Source of the DNA: Octopus vulgaris
Taxonomy: Eukaryota
Direction of reading: 5' to 3'
NCBI GenBank assembly: GCA_951406725.2
Contig: OX597839.1
Location: forward strand, 12,214,001 to 12,278,000
DNA: 64,000 nt
The translations under genes were made by a program, and so were the position numbers. Shown here piece after piece: positions 38,568 to 51,120 of the stretch (positions within the stretch are counted from its first letter, which is position 1; each line of letters begins with the position of its first letter). The notes under the pieces are model-generated. The model did no database searches. It saw only the letters and a program-made list of their open reading frames with translations, and was not told the DNA's origin.

Positions 38568-38944
38568 GGCGCAGGAGTGGCCGTGTGGTAAATAGCTTGC
38601 TTACCAAGCCGATGGTTCCGGGTTGAGTCCCACTGCGTGGCACCTTGGGCAAGTGTCTTCTAATATAGCCTCGGGCTGACCAAAGCCTTGTGAGTGGATT
38701 TGGTAGACGAAAACTGAAACAAGCCCGTCGTATATATATATGTTTGTGTGTCTGTATTTGTCCCCCCATCATCGCTTGACAACCGATGCTGGTGTATTTA
38801 TGTCCCCGTAACTTAACGGTTCGACAAAAGAGACCGATAGAATATGTACTAGGCTTATAAAGGATAAGTCCTGGGGTCGATTTGCTCGACTAAAGGCGGT
38901 GCTCCAGCACGGCCGGAGTCAAATGACTGAAACAAGTAAAAGAG
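38568..38944 (+). mobile_element. SINE family A, full length
   Basis: Near-consensus copy between TA arrays. Confidence 0.93.
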
Positions 38945-39027
<83 letters not shown>

Positions 39028-39316
39028 ATGAATGGATGGATATATTGATAGATATATACATACATACGCAAACATACATGCATGTATGCATGCATATATG
39101 TATGTATTTCATCATGTTAAACTGTTAATCCCTACACATTTTTTCTCTCGGTTTTTTCTTTCGTTCTCTATTCTTTCCCCTTTTCAATCCTTTCTGTCGA
39201 AGAGCGTAGGCTCGAAACATCACAGACTTTTCCATTCTTCCGGAGCGTCAAACTAATATACCTACTTGCTGTTCCCTTACCTGTCTTTGTCTATCGTTTT
39301 CTGTAAATTCGAACTA

Positions 39317-39347
<31 letters not shown>

Positions 39348-39767
39348 GTATTTCCGTATGTATGTCATGGGGGCAAAGTGTGAAGGAGAAAATAAATAGA
39401 TCTGTGACATAGAAATAGGTAGAGAGACAACAATCAAGTGTGTACGTGTGTGTGAGAAATAGAAAGTGAAAGTGACACTTGGAAACCGAGTTAGAGTATA
39501 TGTGGTCGTGGAAAGGAAGATAAATGTAGTGTTGTGGCGTTAGTGGTGGTGGTGATTGTGGTAGTAGAGCCGGATAGCGATTGCAGTGCTTTAAGTAGGT
39601 GCGGTGGTTGCGGCAGTGCTGTTGTGTTTGTTGTTGTAGTTGCAGCTACATAATATATGACATCCGTTGTCTAAATGATATCAACGAGTCTTGCAATATG
39701 TCAACAAGAATTACGGCAGCATTTCTTGATTTCTACTCAATAATACAATCAACACTGAAACATCATG

Positions 39768-39818
<51 letters not shown>

Positions 39819-39869
39819 CGCAACAAACGATCAGATACACATACATTTACATGTGTATTACATATGTGC

Positions 39870-39956
<87 letters not shown>

Positions 39957-40150
39957 ACGACATGGTATATGTGTGTGTGTGTGTGTGTATGTATATATTT
40001 ATGTATTTATATATGTATATATATATATGAATATATATTCTTTTATTTGTTTCAGCTCTGAGACTGTGGCCATGCTGGGACACAGTGTGCGTGTGTAATG
40101 TATATGATACGACATAATATATGTGTGTATGTATCTATATATGTATATTT

Positions 40151-40181
<31 letters not shown>

Positions 40182-40182
40182 A

Positions 40183-41125
40183 CTAGCAGCATAGCCCGGC
40201 GTTGCCCGGGTATGTAAGAGCCCCTAGTAGGCAACGACTAATCCCAATTTAATCCTTTCCCTCTAGGGAACGAAGGCGCATGTGTAGGTTGCAATGTCTT
40301 CTCTTCACTCGAATACTTCTGTGTATACAATGTTCCTAGCTGCCCCTTTGGGCGAAAACATGAAAACATCATTGCGCCTCCCAACGCGTGAACAGCCCAC
40401 GTAGAGTTGACCGTGGGCGAAGCACTGTTCGCCCAACTGTAACCCAGCGACTTGTAGCGTTTGGCCTTGGGATTTATTGATGGACATTGCGAAGCAGAGT
40501 TTAACAGGAAACTGAGAACGTCTGAAGTGGATTCGGAGGTCAGCGCCCGACGGTTGAAGGTGCATGCGTGGAATGAAGACGTCCTCTCCCTTCCCACAAC
40601 CGGTAAGTATTGTGGCCGTTATTAAATGTGGTGGCAAATGTTTCACAACCAGACGTGTGCCGTTGCACTGTTTAGGTGGAACCAAATTCCTGATGAGCAT
40701 AATGGGCGCACCGACTTTTAACTTCAGGATGTGTGGCGGCAGGCCTGGCGGTTCAAGTGAATTCAGGAATTCAACAGGATAATCGGCAAGCTCGGCGGGG
40801 TCTGCTGTCCTATCAATAGATTTGTAGACGTGGACATCACCAGGAATAGCTTCAAGTAGCTGGATATTGATGGAGTTGAGAGTTAAAAAGGTCGAGTTGC
40901 GTCCCCTAGACAGTATGTGGTTTGTGTTTCTGATTCTCGACCCCATGTCGAATATATCGATTTTTTTCAGAACTGGGGGAACTTTTCAAAATTTTCGCTC
41001 CGTTAGTTTTGAATTATGACATTGGGCTATGTGTGTGTCAAGTTTCATCAGAATCGGTTGAAAGCCGTGGTCAGGGTGAGGGTACAACCTGACAGACACA
41101 CAGGCAGACAAATTGCCGTTTATAT
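40183..41125 (-). mobile_element. Helitron deletion derivative carrying the PIF1 C-terminus
   Basis: A|CTAG at 40183, hairpin CCCGGCGTTGCCCGGG; 40877-41125 is nearly identical to 62007-62265. Confidence 0.9.
40305..40946 (-). pseudogene. Helitron PIF1 helicase C-terminal ORF (213 aa, chimeric N-terminus)
   Basis: LNSLEPPGLPPH..LKVGAPIMLIRNL..CNGTRL..RSQFPVKLCFAMSINKSQGQTL..CFAHGQLYVGCSRV; Walker A/B absent. Confidence 0.93.
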
Positions 41126-41231
41126 ATATATATATATATATTTTTGTACTGTCGTTACTGTCTCGTTTTTTTACCATTTTTTACCCCTCTGCGAAAAGAT
41201 CTCAGAATTTTAATTGATTTGCTTTTCGCAG

Positions 41232-41316
41232 GAAGGAAAGTTTCTTTTCGAAGATACGTCTCGCTTTTATCCTTCGAAACGTAGAGTAGATGAAACCTTA
41301 ACGACTGAAGAAGGGG
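41232..41316 (+). ncRNA. Non-circularly permuted hammerhead-like motif with an intact core
   Basis: GAAGGA..GTTTC..TACGT-C-TCGCT-ttta-TCCTTC-GAAA-CGTA..GAAAC..AACGA-CTGAAGA. Confidence 0.72.
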
Positions 41317-41521
41317 TTTTTTCGTTGTGTTAACTGTCCTGTACTCCATTTTTTGTTGTTTTTAAAAAAATGTCCTGTTCCTTTGGTTTGTGTCTATGTT
41401 TTCGTTTCTCTATGTGTTCGACGTCCCTTTGGTGTCCTGTACTCATATATGCGTGTATATGTACATGTAGAGGTAGGTACGTACATATATGTTTATATAT
41501 ATGCATATGTTTTATTTCTTT

Positions 41522-41555
<34 letters not shown>

Positions 41556-41756
41556 TAATAAATAAAATATATGCATACATACAAACATATATGTACGTAC
41601 CTACATCTACATGTATATATACATGCATATATAAATATATATACGTGAGTACAGGACACCACAACTAGACGTAGAACTCAACGAGAAACGAAAACGGAAA
41701 AACCATTTTTTTACAACAGAAAAACAGAGTACAGGACATACTACACAAGGAAAAAT

Positions 41757-41838
41757 CCCCTATCATCAGCTGTCACTGGTTCGACTCTAGCGTGTTTTGA
41801 AGGCAAGACAGGACACGACTCGCCAAACTAGTCCTTCC
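41757..41838 (-). ncRNA. Non-circularly permuted hammerhead-like motif (G12A)
   Basis: GAAGG-a-CTAGTTTG..CGTGT-C-CTGTC-ttg-CCTTC-AAAA-CACG..CGAACCAG-t-GACAG-CTGATGA. Confidence 0.68.
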
Positions 41839-42722
41839 TGCGAGAGAATTAAAATAAAATTACCTCGCAGAGGGGTAAAAACAAGCAAGAAAAAAATGTA
41901 ACACAAACAGGACGTACAAACGATACGAATAAAAATATATATATATATATGAATATATTTTCTTTTATATGTTTCAGCTCTGAGACTGTGGCCATGCTGG
42001 GACACAGTGTGCGTGTGTAATGTATATGTTTGTGTGTGCGTGCAGTGTATGTGTATATGTATGTACACACACACACACACATATACTCATACAGAGTTTT
42101 AAAAATCGATCGTATGGTATACAGCTGATAATTTGTCGGTAAAGTACGTTCGCTGACTCGGTGTTCGTTGGGTATTCGATTAATGAAAGACACGTACTGG
42201 GGTCGATCTAATTGACTGCCCCGCCTCCCCAGAAATAACTAAAAATATTCAATGCCACACTAGTTAACAACATCACTTAGATACCCCTTGGCCATTGTAA
42301 TACCGCTTAAAGTGAGAAAAATACCAACTTGAGTTTCTTAATAAGTATCGCTCACCGTGGGATGAAAGCTAAAAAAAAAACCTACGCCTATCTACACTTC
42401 AGTATTGCTTCTTAGGCGTTTTAAAAATCTTTATAGACTACACTACAAAAAACATTCCTACACTACTTAAAAACGTTTACTTCAGGATGCTCATAGAAAA
42501 AAAAAAACACAGAAGATTTTGTTAAACGCTTACAATGGAAGGCCCTACAGTTTGACGGAGCATTACCTCTAACAGCAACTGAACATTTCGACATTAACCA
42601 CGGAACTTTTCTCCACGTGTTAAAGACCTTATTCACTTCCCCGCCGATTTGCTGAACCTTATTTCCACGATGATGTTTAGCAAGTACACTTACTCTAACC
42701 TGTTTCAATCTAAATTGGCTAA

Positions 42723-42952
42723 GGCGGCGAGCTGGCAGACACGTTAGCACGACGGGCGAAATGTTTAACCGTATTTCGTCTGCCGTTACGTTCTGAGTTC
42801 AAATTCCGCCGAGGTCGACTTTGTCTTTCATCCTTTCGGGGTCGATTAAATTAAGTACCAGTTATGCACTGGGGTCGATATAATCGACTTAATCCGTTTG
42901 TCTGTCCTTGTTTGTCCCCTCTATGTTTAGCCCCTTGTGGGTAATAAAGAAA
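42723..42952 (+). mobile_element. SINE family B, full length
   Basis: GGCGGCGAGCTGGCAGA..GAGTTCAAATTCC (B box)..TTTCATCCTTTCGGGGTCGAT..AAGTACCAG. Confidence 0.9.
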
Positions 42953-44568
42953 CAGATATACTAGTTAATAACTCTAATAGAAAGTTCATGTTTTCAGACG
43001 AGGCTAACAATCCATACGAAGCACACCGGTAGAATAATTACCAGACTGAAGGAAAAAACGGTATTGGGATCTAAACCCTTAAAGGTGGAGCCCGATCATG
43101 GTCGCAGTCTAATGACTGAAGCAAATAAAAGATAAAAAGATTTATACACACACACACACACGCATACATGTATATGTATATGTACATACACACACACACA
43201 CACACACGCATACATGTATATATATATATGTATACACACACACACACACACATATATATGTGCATGCATACATACATGCATGTATACATATAATACACAC
43301 ATCCATACACGCGCATAGAACAAGATGTTCATGTAGAAGAAGAAGAAGAAGAAGAAGAAGAAGAAGAAGAAGAAGGAGGAGGAGGAGGAGGAGGAGGTGG
43401 TGGAGGAGATATGTAGATGTTAAGAAGAAAAAGAACAACCGCACTCTGTCACTTGCATTACTGTTCTTACCTAAACCTCGAAAAACCTGTAACAAAATAC
43501 AAAACCCACCCCCAATACTCATACCACCACCACCACCACCAACACCACCTCCACTATCATCTATCACTTACAAGCCTCCCAATCAGCCCTTAAAAAACAG
43601 ACGGAAATATCTAAATCTCTAACGATGAAAACGTAGACTGACTCCCCACTTAAAAATACACACATAACCGGCAGCGAATGTCAAACATGCAAAAAAAACA
43701 ACAACAAAAAAGACAGCAAGCGAGAAACCAACAACAGTATCATCGTCATCATCATCATCATCGCCACCAACATCATCATCATCATGATCACCAGCGTCAT
43801 CATCACTACCATGATCATTATTATTATCATCAGCATCAGCATCACTTCCACCAGTACCACCATCACAACCACCACCAACACCATTATCCGCCTCCCCCTC
43901 ATCATCATCGACACCATCCTCATCCTCCTCCTCATCATCATGATCATCAACAACAACAGCAACAACTGTGGGCTGCAACAAACGATACTTTGTACAGATG
44001 ACTGGAAGCAAGAGAATTCTAAACGAACATTAAATTGAATTCTGTTGCGGTTCTTTTACTTTTATATTTTTCACTTTTATGTTTTAAAGGAAAACAGCAA
44101 AAAGCAAAATTAACAAAATGGTAAAAATAAAAAAGAATTAAAGGAATTACCGAACAGAGAAGACTATAGCATTGGAATGGGTAAAACAACAAACCTAGAG
44201 AAAAGAAGAAAAAAAAACCCTTGATAATTTGTGTGTGAAGTTCTTGGAGTTTCGAAAATCATTGTGTTCTTGGATTGTTTGGATTTCCTTTGAAAACGGT
44301 GCCAAAGAAAAGAGAAGAAAAGCGAGAAATCGCGAAAAATTTTCATCACGCAGAAACAAACACGCAAACGCGGTCGCGCACGCACATATACGCGTACACA
44401 CGCCCGCATGTACATACATATACTTGTTTATGAATGTGTGTTTAATTGTATGGTTTATGCAACGATATATATATATATATATATGTGTCCACATACATAC
44501 ATCTTTCACATACATTTTTCTGTCTTTCTCTCTCTCTGTATATATATAAATGTGCGTGTGCATGTATT

Positions 44569-44613
<45 letters not shown>

Positions 44614-44668
44614 ATATATACATATGAGTATGTATATATATATATCTATCTATCTATATCTATCTATA

Positions 44669-44740
<72 letters not shown>

Positions 44741-44743
44741 TAG

Positions 44744-44783
<40 letters not shown>

Positions 44784-44940
44784 AAGATAGATAGATAGAT
44801 AGAATAAGTACTAGGCTTACAAAGAATAAGTTCTGGGGGCGATTTGCTCGACTAAAAGCGGTTCTCCAGCATGGCCGCAGTCAAATAACCGAAACAAATA
44901 AAAGAATAAAAGAATATATATCGATAAAGAGAACAGCGAG

Positions 44941-45172
44941 CTTGCCATGGGGAGTAAGAAATCCTACGTTTCAGACAAAATCCTTCCTCAGGGAAGACTT
45001 GTAAAGAGGGAAATTAATTCGAGATAGCAGAGTTTCAGAGCATACAGATTAAAAGACAACCCTAGTTGGAGATTCTGAAACTCTGCTGTCTTTCATAAAT
45101 TTCTTTCGTCTTGACCTTTCCCTAAAGAAAGACTCTCTCTGAAACGTTCGGTTTTCCACTCTCCACGACAAA
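44941..45172. mobile_element. Old fold-back of two inverted hammerhead-bearing arms
   Basis: 44941-45039 and 45074-45172 are diverged inverted copies; hammerheads at 44962-44994 (-) and 45118-45152 (+). Confidence 0.72.
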
Positions 45173-45469
45173 TTCAATGGACGCTAATACATGACTACAA
45201 AAGCAAAAAAAAAAAATGTTTGATTTGTGTCAGGCGGTTAAGAACCATACAGAAAATGGCATGCTTTGGTTTTTGTACAGATCCTTCTTATATCCCCAGA
45301 GTGATGCACAGCAAATTTCGAGTAACTGTGAATAACGATAAGTACTGAGTGGCGAGTAACGAAGATGATATTATACTACCATACATCTTCCCACAGGATA
45401 TTCTAACTAATGCTGCTGGATACAGCTTTGGCCATATGTGTTTCAACAAGACTCAGCACCTTGTTACTA

Positions 45470-45730
45470 ACCCCATATAACACAAGAATGGAAGTCAGAC
45501 AATCTTTACCGTCATGTAATAGTAGACTTGTGGTTGGAAAACTCGCCAGATTGAAATCCCATGTTGAAAAGGAAACTATTCGATATCCTCACAATACGTT
45601 GGCTTTACAGAAGGCCACATTTATCCGGGTGATGTCCGAAATGAATAAAGGACCACTTAGTGCTGGTATGTCAATGATTCCGGTCCTGCATTAAAGTAGC
45701 CATCGAAGTCAGATTCATAGAAAGCTTATC
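45470..45730 (+). mobile_element. maT/DD37D-like transposase C-terminal remnant
   Basis: LWLENSPD*NP..VEKETIRYPHNT..ATFIRVMSEMNK..C..FRSCIKVAIE. Confidence 0.65.
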
Positions 45731-46690
45731 AAGAACGTGTGCACAAATTTTTTTTATTAAGAACGCTTGGTATTTGCTAGATTAGAGCTGTTATTTTATA
45801 TTATCATATATATATCCGCAAATTCTGCTGTCATCCTGAAACACACACACACATACACGCAGGCGCGCACACACATACGTATTTTAAAAAATATAAGAAG
45901 AGGAAAATGCTTAGAGAACTTTCTTAAGGAAAACAGAAAGGCAGTGTTTACACTTTTAACTTAAGTCACCACCGGTTTCAGTTCTTGACAGTCACGTTTT
46001 TTTCTTATAGAGATTACATGATGCTGTATTTCGTTTACTTCTGATTGTTGCAAGTTGGCAGTGATAGCTAAGTGATGAAAGTGACACCATATAAGGCTGT
46101 TAGTAGTGGTAGCAAGAGAAGGGAAAACAGCAGTAGCAGCAGAGAGGGTTCCCACAGGCATGTAGCAATCGTCTATCTAACGAGTAGTAGTCATTGTGGT
46201 AACTTTTGCAAAAGTTGTAGTTGTGTTGTTGGTGGTTGCTCTTTTCATTTCTCTGCCAAAGAATTTTATTGTGGTTGGTATTTTGTTATGAAGGACATTA
46301 CTTTGCTGATACGTTTCCGTTGAATTGTAAATCACCAAAGTTATAGAGTAAAAATCATAATGTTACTTTCTTGCCCGCACATGTATCTATACGTTCATTC
46401 AGTCCTATTTGTCTGTATTCCGGTATATTTTAATTTGTGAACTACGTATAGCCATGTGTTGTCATAGGGAATTTCCCCTTCTATTCAATGTAATGTTCCC
46501 CACACCCAGAAAGTTTTTTCGCATACATTACGTTTTCAGACACAAAGTGTAGCTATGTTTTTATTCTGAGGAGTTGCTCTTGATTGGAACGGATCTCTGG
46601 TCTTTCCGTCAGGTTTACACATATACAACAGTTGGGATTTCAGTATAATTCAACTGATGGTTTTGTGGTTACAAAGTACAGTTTTGCCTT

Positions 46691-46721
<31 letters not shown>

Positions 46722-46732
46722 TCATGTATACT

Positions 46733-47060
46733 CTTTTACTTGTTTCAGTCATTTGACTGCGGCCATGCCGGAGCACCGACTTTAGTCAAGCAAATCGACC
46801 ACAGGACTTATGCTTTGTAAGCCTAGTACTTGTTGTATCGTCTCTTTTGCCGAACCGCTAAGTTACGGGGACGTAAACACACCAGCATCGGTTGTCAAGT
46901 GATGCTGGGGGGACAAACATAGACACACGCATACATATATACGACGGGCTTCTTTCAGTTTCCGTGTACCACATCCACTCACAAGGCTTTGGTCGGCCCG
47001 AGGCTATATGTAGAAGACACTTGGTAAGCAAGCCTCTTACCACACAGCCACTCCTGCGCC
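46733..47060 (-). mobile_element. SINE family A with an internal head deletion
   Basis: GACACTTG joined directly to GTAAGCAAG. Confidence 0.9.
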
Positions 47061-47140
47061 TATGATATATACTATATATATATGTGTGTATGCGTGTGTG
47101 TAAAGGAAAAACATACATACATACATATACATATATATAT

Positions 47141-47179
<39 letters not shown>

Positions 47180-47928
47180 TACATGTACAAATACACACAT
47201 GCACATATATGTATGTATATATGTATACATGCATGCTTGCATGTATGTATGTATGTATGTATGTATACACGAACAAGGTGCAATTTTTCTTTTAGATGTT
47301 GCTATAGCCGTAATAGTTGTTGTTTTCGTTGCCGTTGTTGTTGTTGTTGTTGGCTGGTAAAATAACTCCCCAGAAACGCCAGAGTAAATTATAGTGTTAA
47401 GACATTGCTGAAAGTCTTGTAGCGTAATGGTAGTTAGAATAATATCTATGTGTGTGTGTGTGTCAGCGGTAGAGGGGGCTACATGATCAGTGTTTTTTTT
47501 GTGTGTGTTGTGTGTGTCTGAGAGTATATGTATGTGTGTGTGAGCAATGTCGTTTCTTGTTCCCATCACATTAGAGCGATTAGTTGTGCTATCTTACTAA
47601 TGGTGCCGTGATTGCCCACTACTCTTACCTCCTCACCAAATTAACCAAAAAAAAAATATATATACATATATATATAAAAAAAAGGAAAAAAAAACAAACA
47701 AAAGATGTAAGGTATAAACAAACCAAAAACAACAACAGCAGCAACAACACGAACAAGAAGAGCAACGATACCAACTCCTGTGTTGTACATAATCTTGGCT
47801 TAACCTCACAGGCAAATAGTGATTTCTTCACAGACGTGCAAAGAAAATTAGATAGAGCGAGGGGGGGGGATACACGCAAACACACACACGCATGTATAGA
47901 CATACATACATACATAGACATACACACA

Positions 47929-47969
<41 letters not shown>

Positions 47970-48113
47970 GCACACATGTGGATAAATACGTTTCTGCCTG
48001 CAAATAATCAATATCACTTTTCTTTCATACAACGTACACATACATACAAATAAAAATATTTATATATATGTATACATTCATACATACATAGATATTACAC
48101 ACATATACACACA

Positions 48114-48165
<52 letters not shown>

Positions 48166-48210
48166 TACATACATATATATATATACATACATATATATGT
48201 ACATATATAC

Positions 48211-48241
<31 letters not shown>

Positions 48242-48298
48242 CATACATATATATATGCACATATATATATATATATATATACACATATATATATACAT

Positions 48299-48349
<51 letters not shown>

Positions 48350-48350
<1 letters not shown>

Positions 48351-48512
48351 GCGCAGGAGTGGCTGTGTGGTAAGAAGCTTCCTTCCCAACCACATGGTTC
48401 CGGGTTCAGTCCCACTGCGTGGTTCCTTGGGCAATTGTCTTCTACTATAGTCTCGGGCCGACCAAAGCCTTGTGAGTGGATTTGGTAGGCAGAAACTGAA
48501 AGAAGCCCGTCG

Positions 48513-48572
<60 letters not shown>

Positions 48573-48773
48573 CGTGCGTGCGTGTGTGTGTATGTATGTA
48601 TTTGTTTGTATGTGTTTCTCCTCCACCATCACTTGACAACCGATGTTGTTATGTTTACGTTCCCGTAACTTAACGGTTCGGGAAAAGCGAGCGATAGAAT
48701 AAGTACTAGGCTTACAAAGAATAAGTCCTGGGGTCGATTTGTATGACAAAGGCGGTGCTCCAGCATGGCCGCA
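48350..48773 (+). mobile_element. SINE family A
   Basis: Near-consensus; tail clipped. Confidence 0.92.
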
Positions 48774-49135
48774 GCGGATATATATATATATATAAATATG
48801 ATAGATGCATACATACACAGTCAAACGAAAAACATACAGAGACAAGTTATTTTACGCAACTAAGTACTCTCCCCACAACCACCACCACTATCACCACCAC
48901 CTTCACAATACTTGATACTTTTTGGGGGTACTATTAATATATGTAGTAGTAGCAGTGTTGGTGGTGGTAGTGGTGGTGATTGTGGGCGGGTGGGTGTCTA
49001 CTATTAATGACAGCTGCAAATAACCTCAGGGCAACCCTACTTCATTCCAGCAACACGCTTTTTGTAAATGCCACCACACTTTCACATCATACACAGACAC
49101 ACACACATACTTGCATACATACAAACATATACACA

Positions 49136-49178
<43 letters not shown>

Positions 49179-49328
49179 AATAAAATTAAAAATATAACAC
49201 AAAGGATATCGCGGTACACGTGTTTCAAGATTTAAAAACAATCCGTTATTACGTCAGTGTATTATTGATATAAAAGATGGTTTAAAGTCCTTACACTTAT
49301 CAAGTATTCACCCTAAATTTACAGTACC

Positions 49329-49395
<67 letters not shown>

Positions 49396-49619
49396 CAAAC
49401 ATACACACATGCTTATACATATACATACGTACATATATGAGCATGTCTAGATATGCAACTATATACATGAGAGCACATACATAATGCAAAACATACAAAG
49501 CTACTTATATACATACATACAAACAAAAATACCCAGTTGTTGAAGTTGAAATTCCAATGAAGGAGCCTTGAATCTAGGAAATATAACTGAATAATGTCAT
49601 AGATACATGCATACACATA

Positions 49620-49676
<57 letters not shown>

Positions 49677-49937
49677 ATGTATATATATATGTATATATGT
49701 ATGCATGTATGAATACATACATACATACATATATGTCTCTGTGTGTGCTTATGTCTTTGCATATGTGTATTTAAGCATATATATATATATATATATATAT
49801 ATATGACAATGTACATACAAATATACATATACATGTGAATACTTACACACGCAAACATGTATATATATACATGTAAACACACACACACACATGTATCGAA
49901 TAATTTCATTCATTTTGCATTACATTCTCCAAATGAA

Positions 49938-50153
49938 CGCGGCGAGCTGGCTTGAAACGTTAGCACGCCGGGCGAAATGCTTAGCGGTATTTCGTCTGCC
50001 GTTATGCTCTGAGTCCAAATTCCGCCGAGGTCGACTTTGCCTTTCATCCTTTCGGGGTCAATAAATTAAGTACCAGCTGCGAACTAGGGTCTATCTAATC
50101 GACTGCCCCCCCCCCCAAAAAAAATTTCGGGTCTTGTGCCTAGAGTAGAAAAG
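49938..50153 (+). mobile_element. SINE family B
   Basis: Matches 42723-42952. Confidence 0.88.
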
Positions 50154-50454
50154 ATTATATTCTGCAAATAGCCGATATTTCGGTGCTAAAATGTCTTAGA
50201 CGAAGTGATTTGAAATAATAAAACTTCAAATATTCTTTGTATTTCTTTATCTAACAATCTTGAATCAATTAAATCACAATGCAAAATCTGATGTATATCT
50301 ACTGCCGTCTAAATTAACAGTGTTAGTTTTAGGATGTTCAATGCAAACATAACCGTTATGTAATTTATTGTGGAATATGAATGAAATAAGATGTTTATGA
50401 CAAAACCGCAAGTATGTATGTAATGATGTATGTATGTATGTATGTATGTATGAA

Positions 50455-50720
50455 ACAGTAGAAAATAAAGAAGCATCGATTTTTACATGTGTTATTCTTA
50501 AGAAGAAATGTGTGAATTATGGAGGCCTGGTCAGCCATCAAAGAAACCACAAGAATCGACCCCTTGTACATTGTGAGACAGCTATTGCTCACAACAGAAC
50601 ACGCGCAACCTGGGGAAAGCCGTGCCGTTCAGTTGGCGGTTTAAAAAGACATGTCAAAAACACTTCATACTGTGGCACTGGTTCCTTCTGCCAGCCAGCA
50701 CAACTGGGCATTATGTAATA
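50455..50720 (+). mobile_element. Probable RTE LINE C-terminus with two decayed C2H2-like fingers
   Basis: TCVILKKKCVNYGGLVSHQRNH...GKPCRSVGGLKRHVK; Cys ligands lost, no TGEKP linker. Confidence 0.55.
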
Positions 50721-51120
50721 AAATGCGCAAATCCTTGGCGGGACTCAAGAGTCATATAAGGGCCACACATTGCATTATCAATGACTCATTTCAATGATTC
50801 TTTCTAGCAATGGTTTTACTCATATACAAAAAAGAAGCCACTCTACTATGTATGTATGTATATCTGTCTGTATCTATGTATGTATGTCAATGCCGTGTAT
50901 ACCATAAGGTCTGCAATTCAAACGGAGGCCTCAAATCAGGAGTAGATGGACAGCAGCCAACTGATGAAGGGTTGTTATGTTACTTTTCTTGTTTTCCATT
51001 TGTCACTCTCGTTGTTTGCATACCCAAGTTTGTCTTCGTATTTCATGTTGTTTTCGTATTTCGTATTGTTTACGTTTTGTGACGTCCTGTACTCATTATA
51101 TGCATATATACATATATTCG

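Noticed and set aside
41270-41316. Reading the GAAA...CTGAAGA motif as an ordinary type II hammerhead
   Set aside because: No local stem I or stem III hairpins form between GAAA and CUGA; the pairing partners lie upstream, which led to the permuted model instead.
50434-50718. Member of the cephalopod C2H2 zinc-finger gene expansion
   Set aside because: Cys ligands are missing, there are no TGEKP linkers, and the GL.SH/GLKRH pattern fits RTE LINE C-termini.
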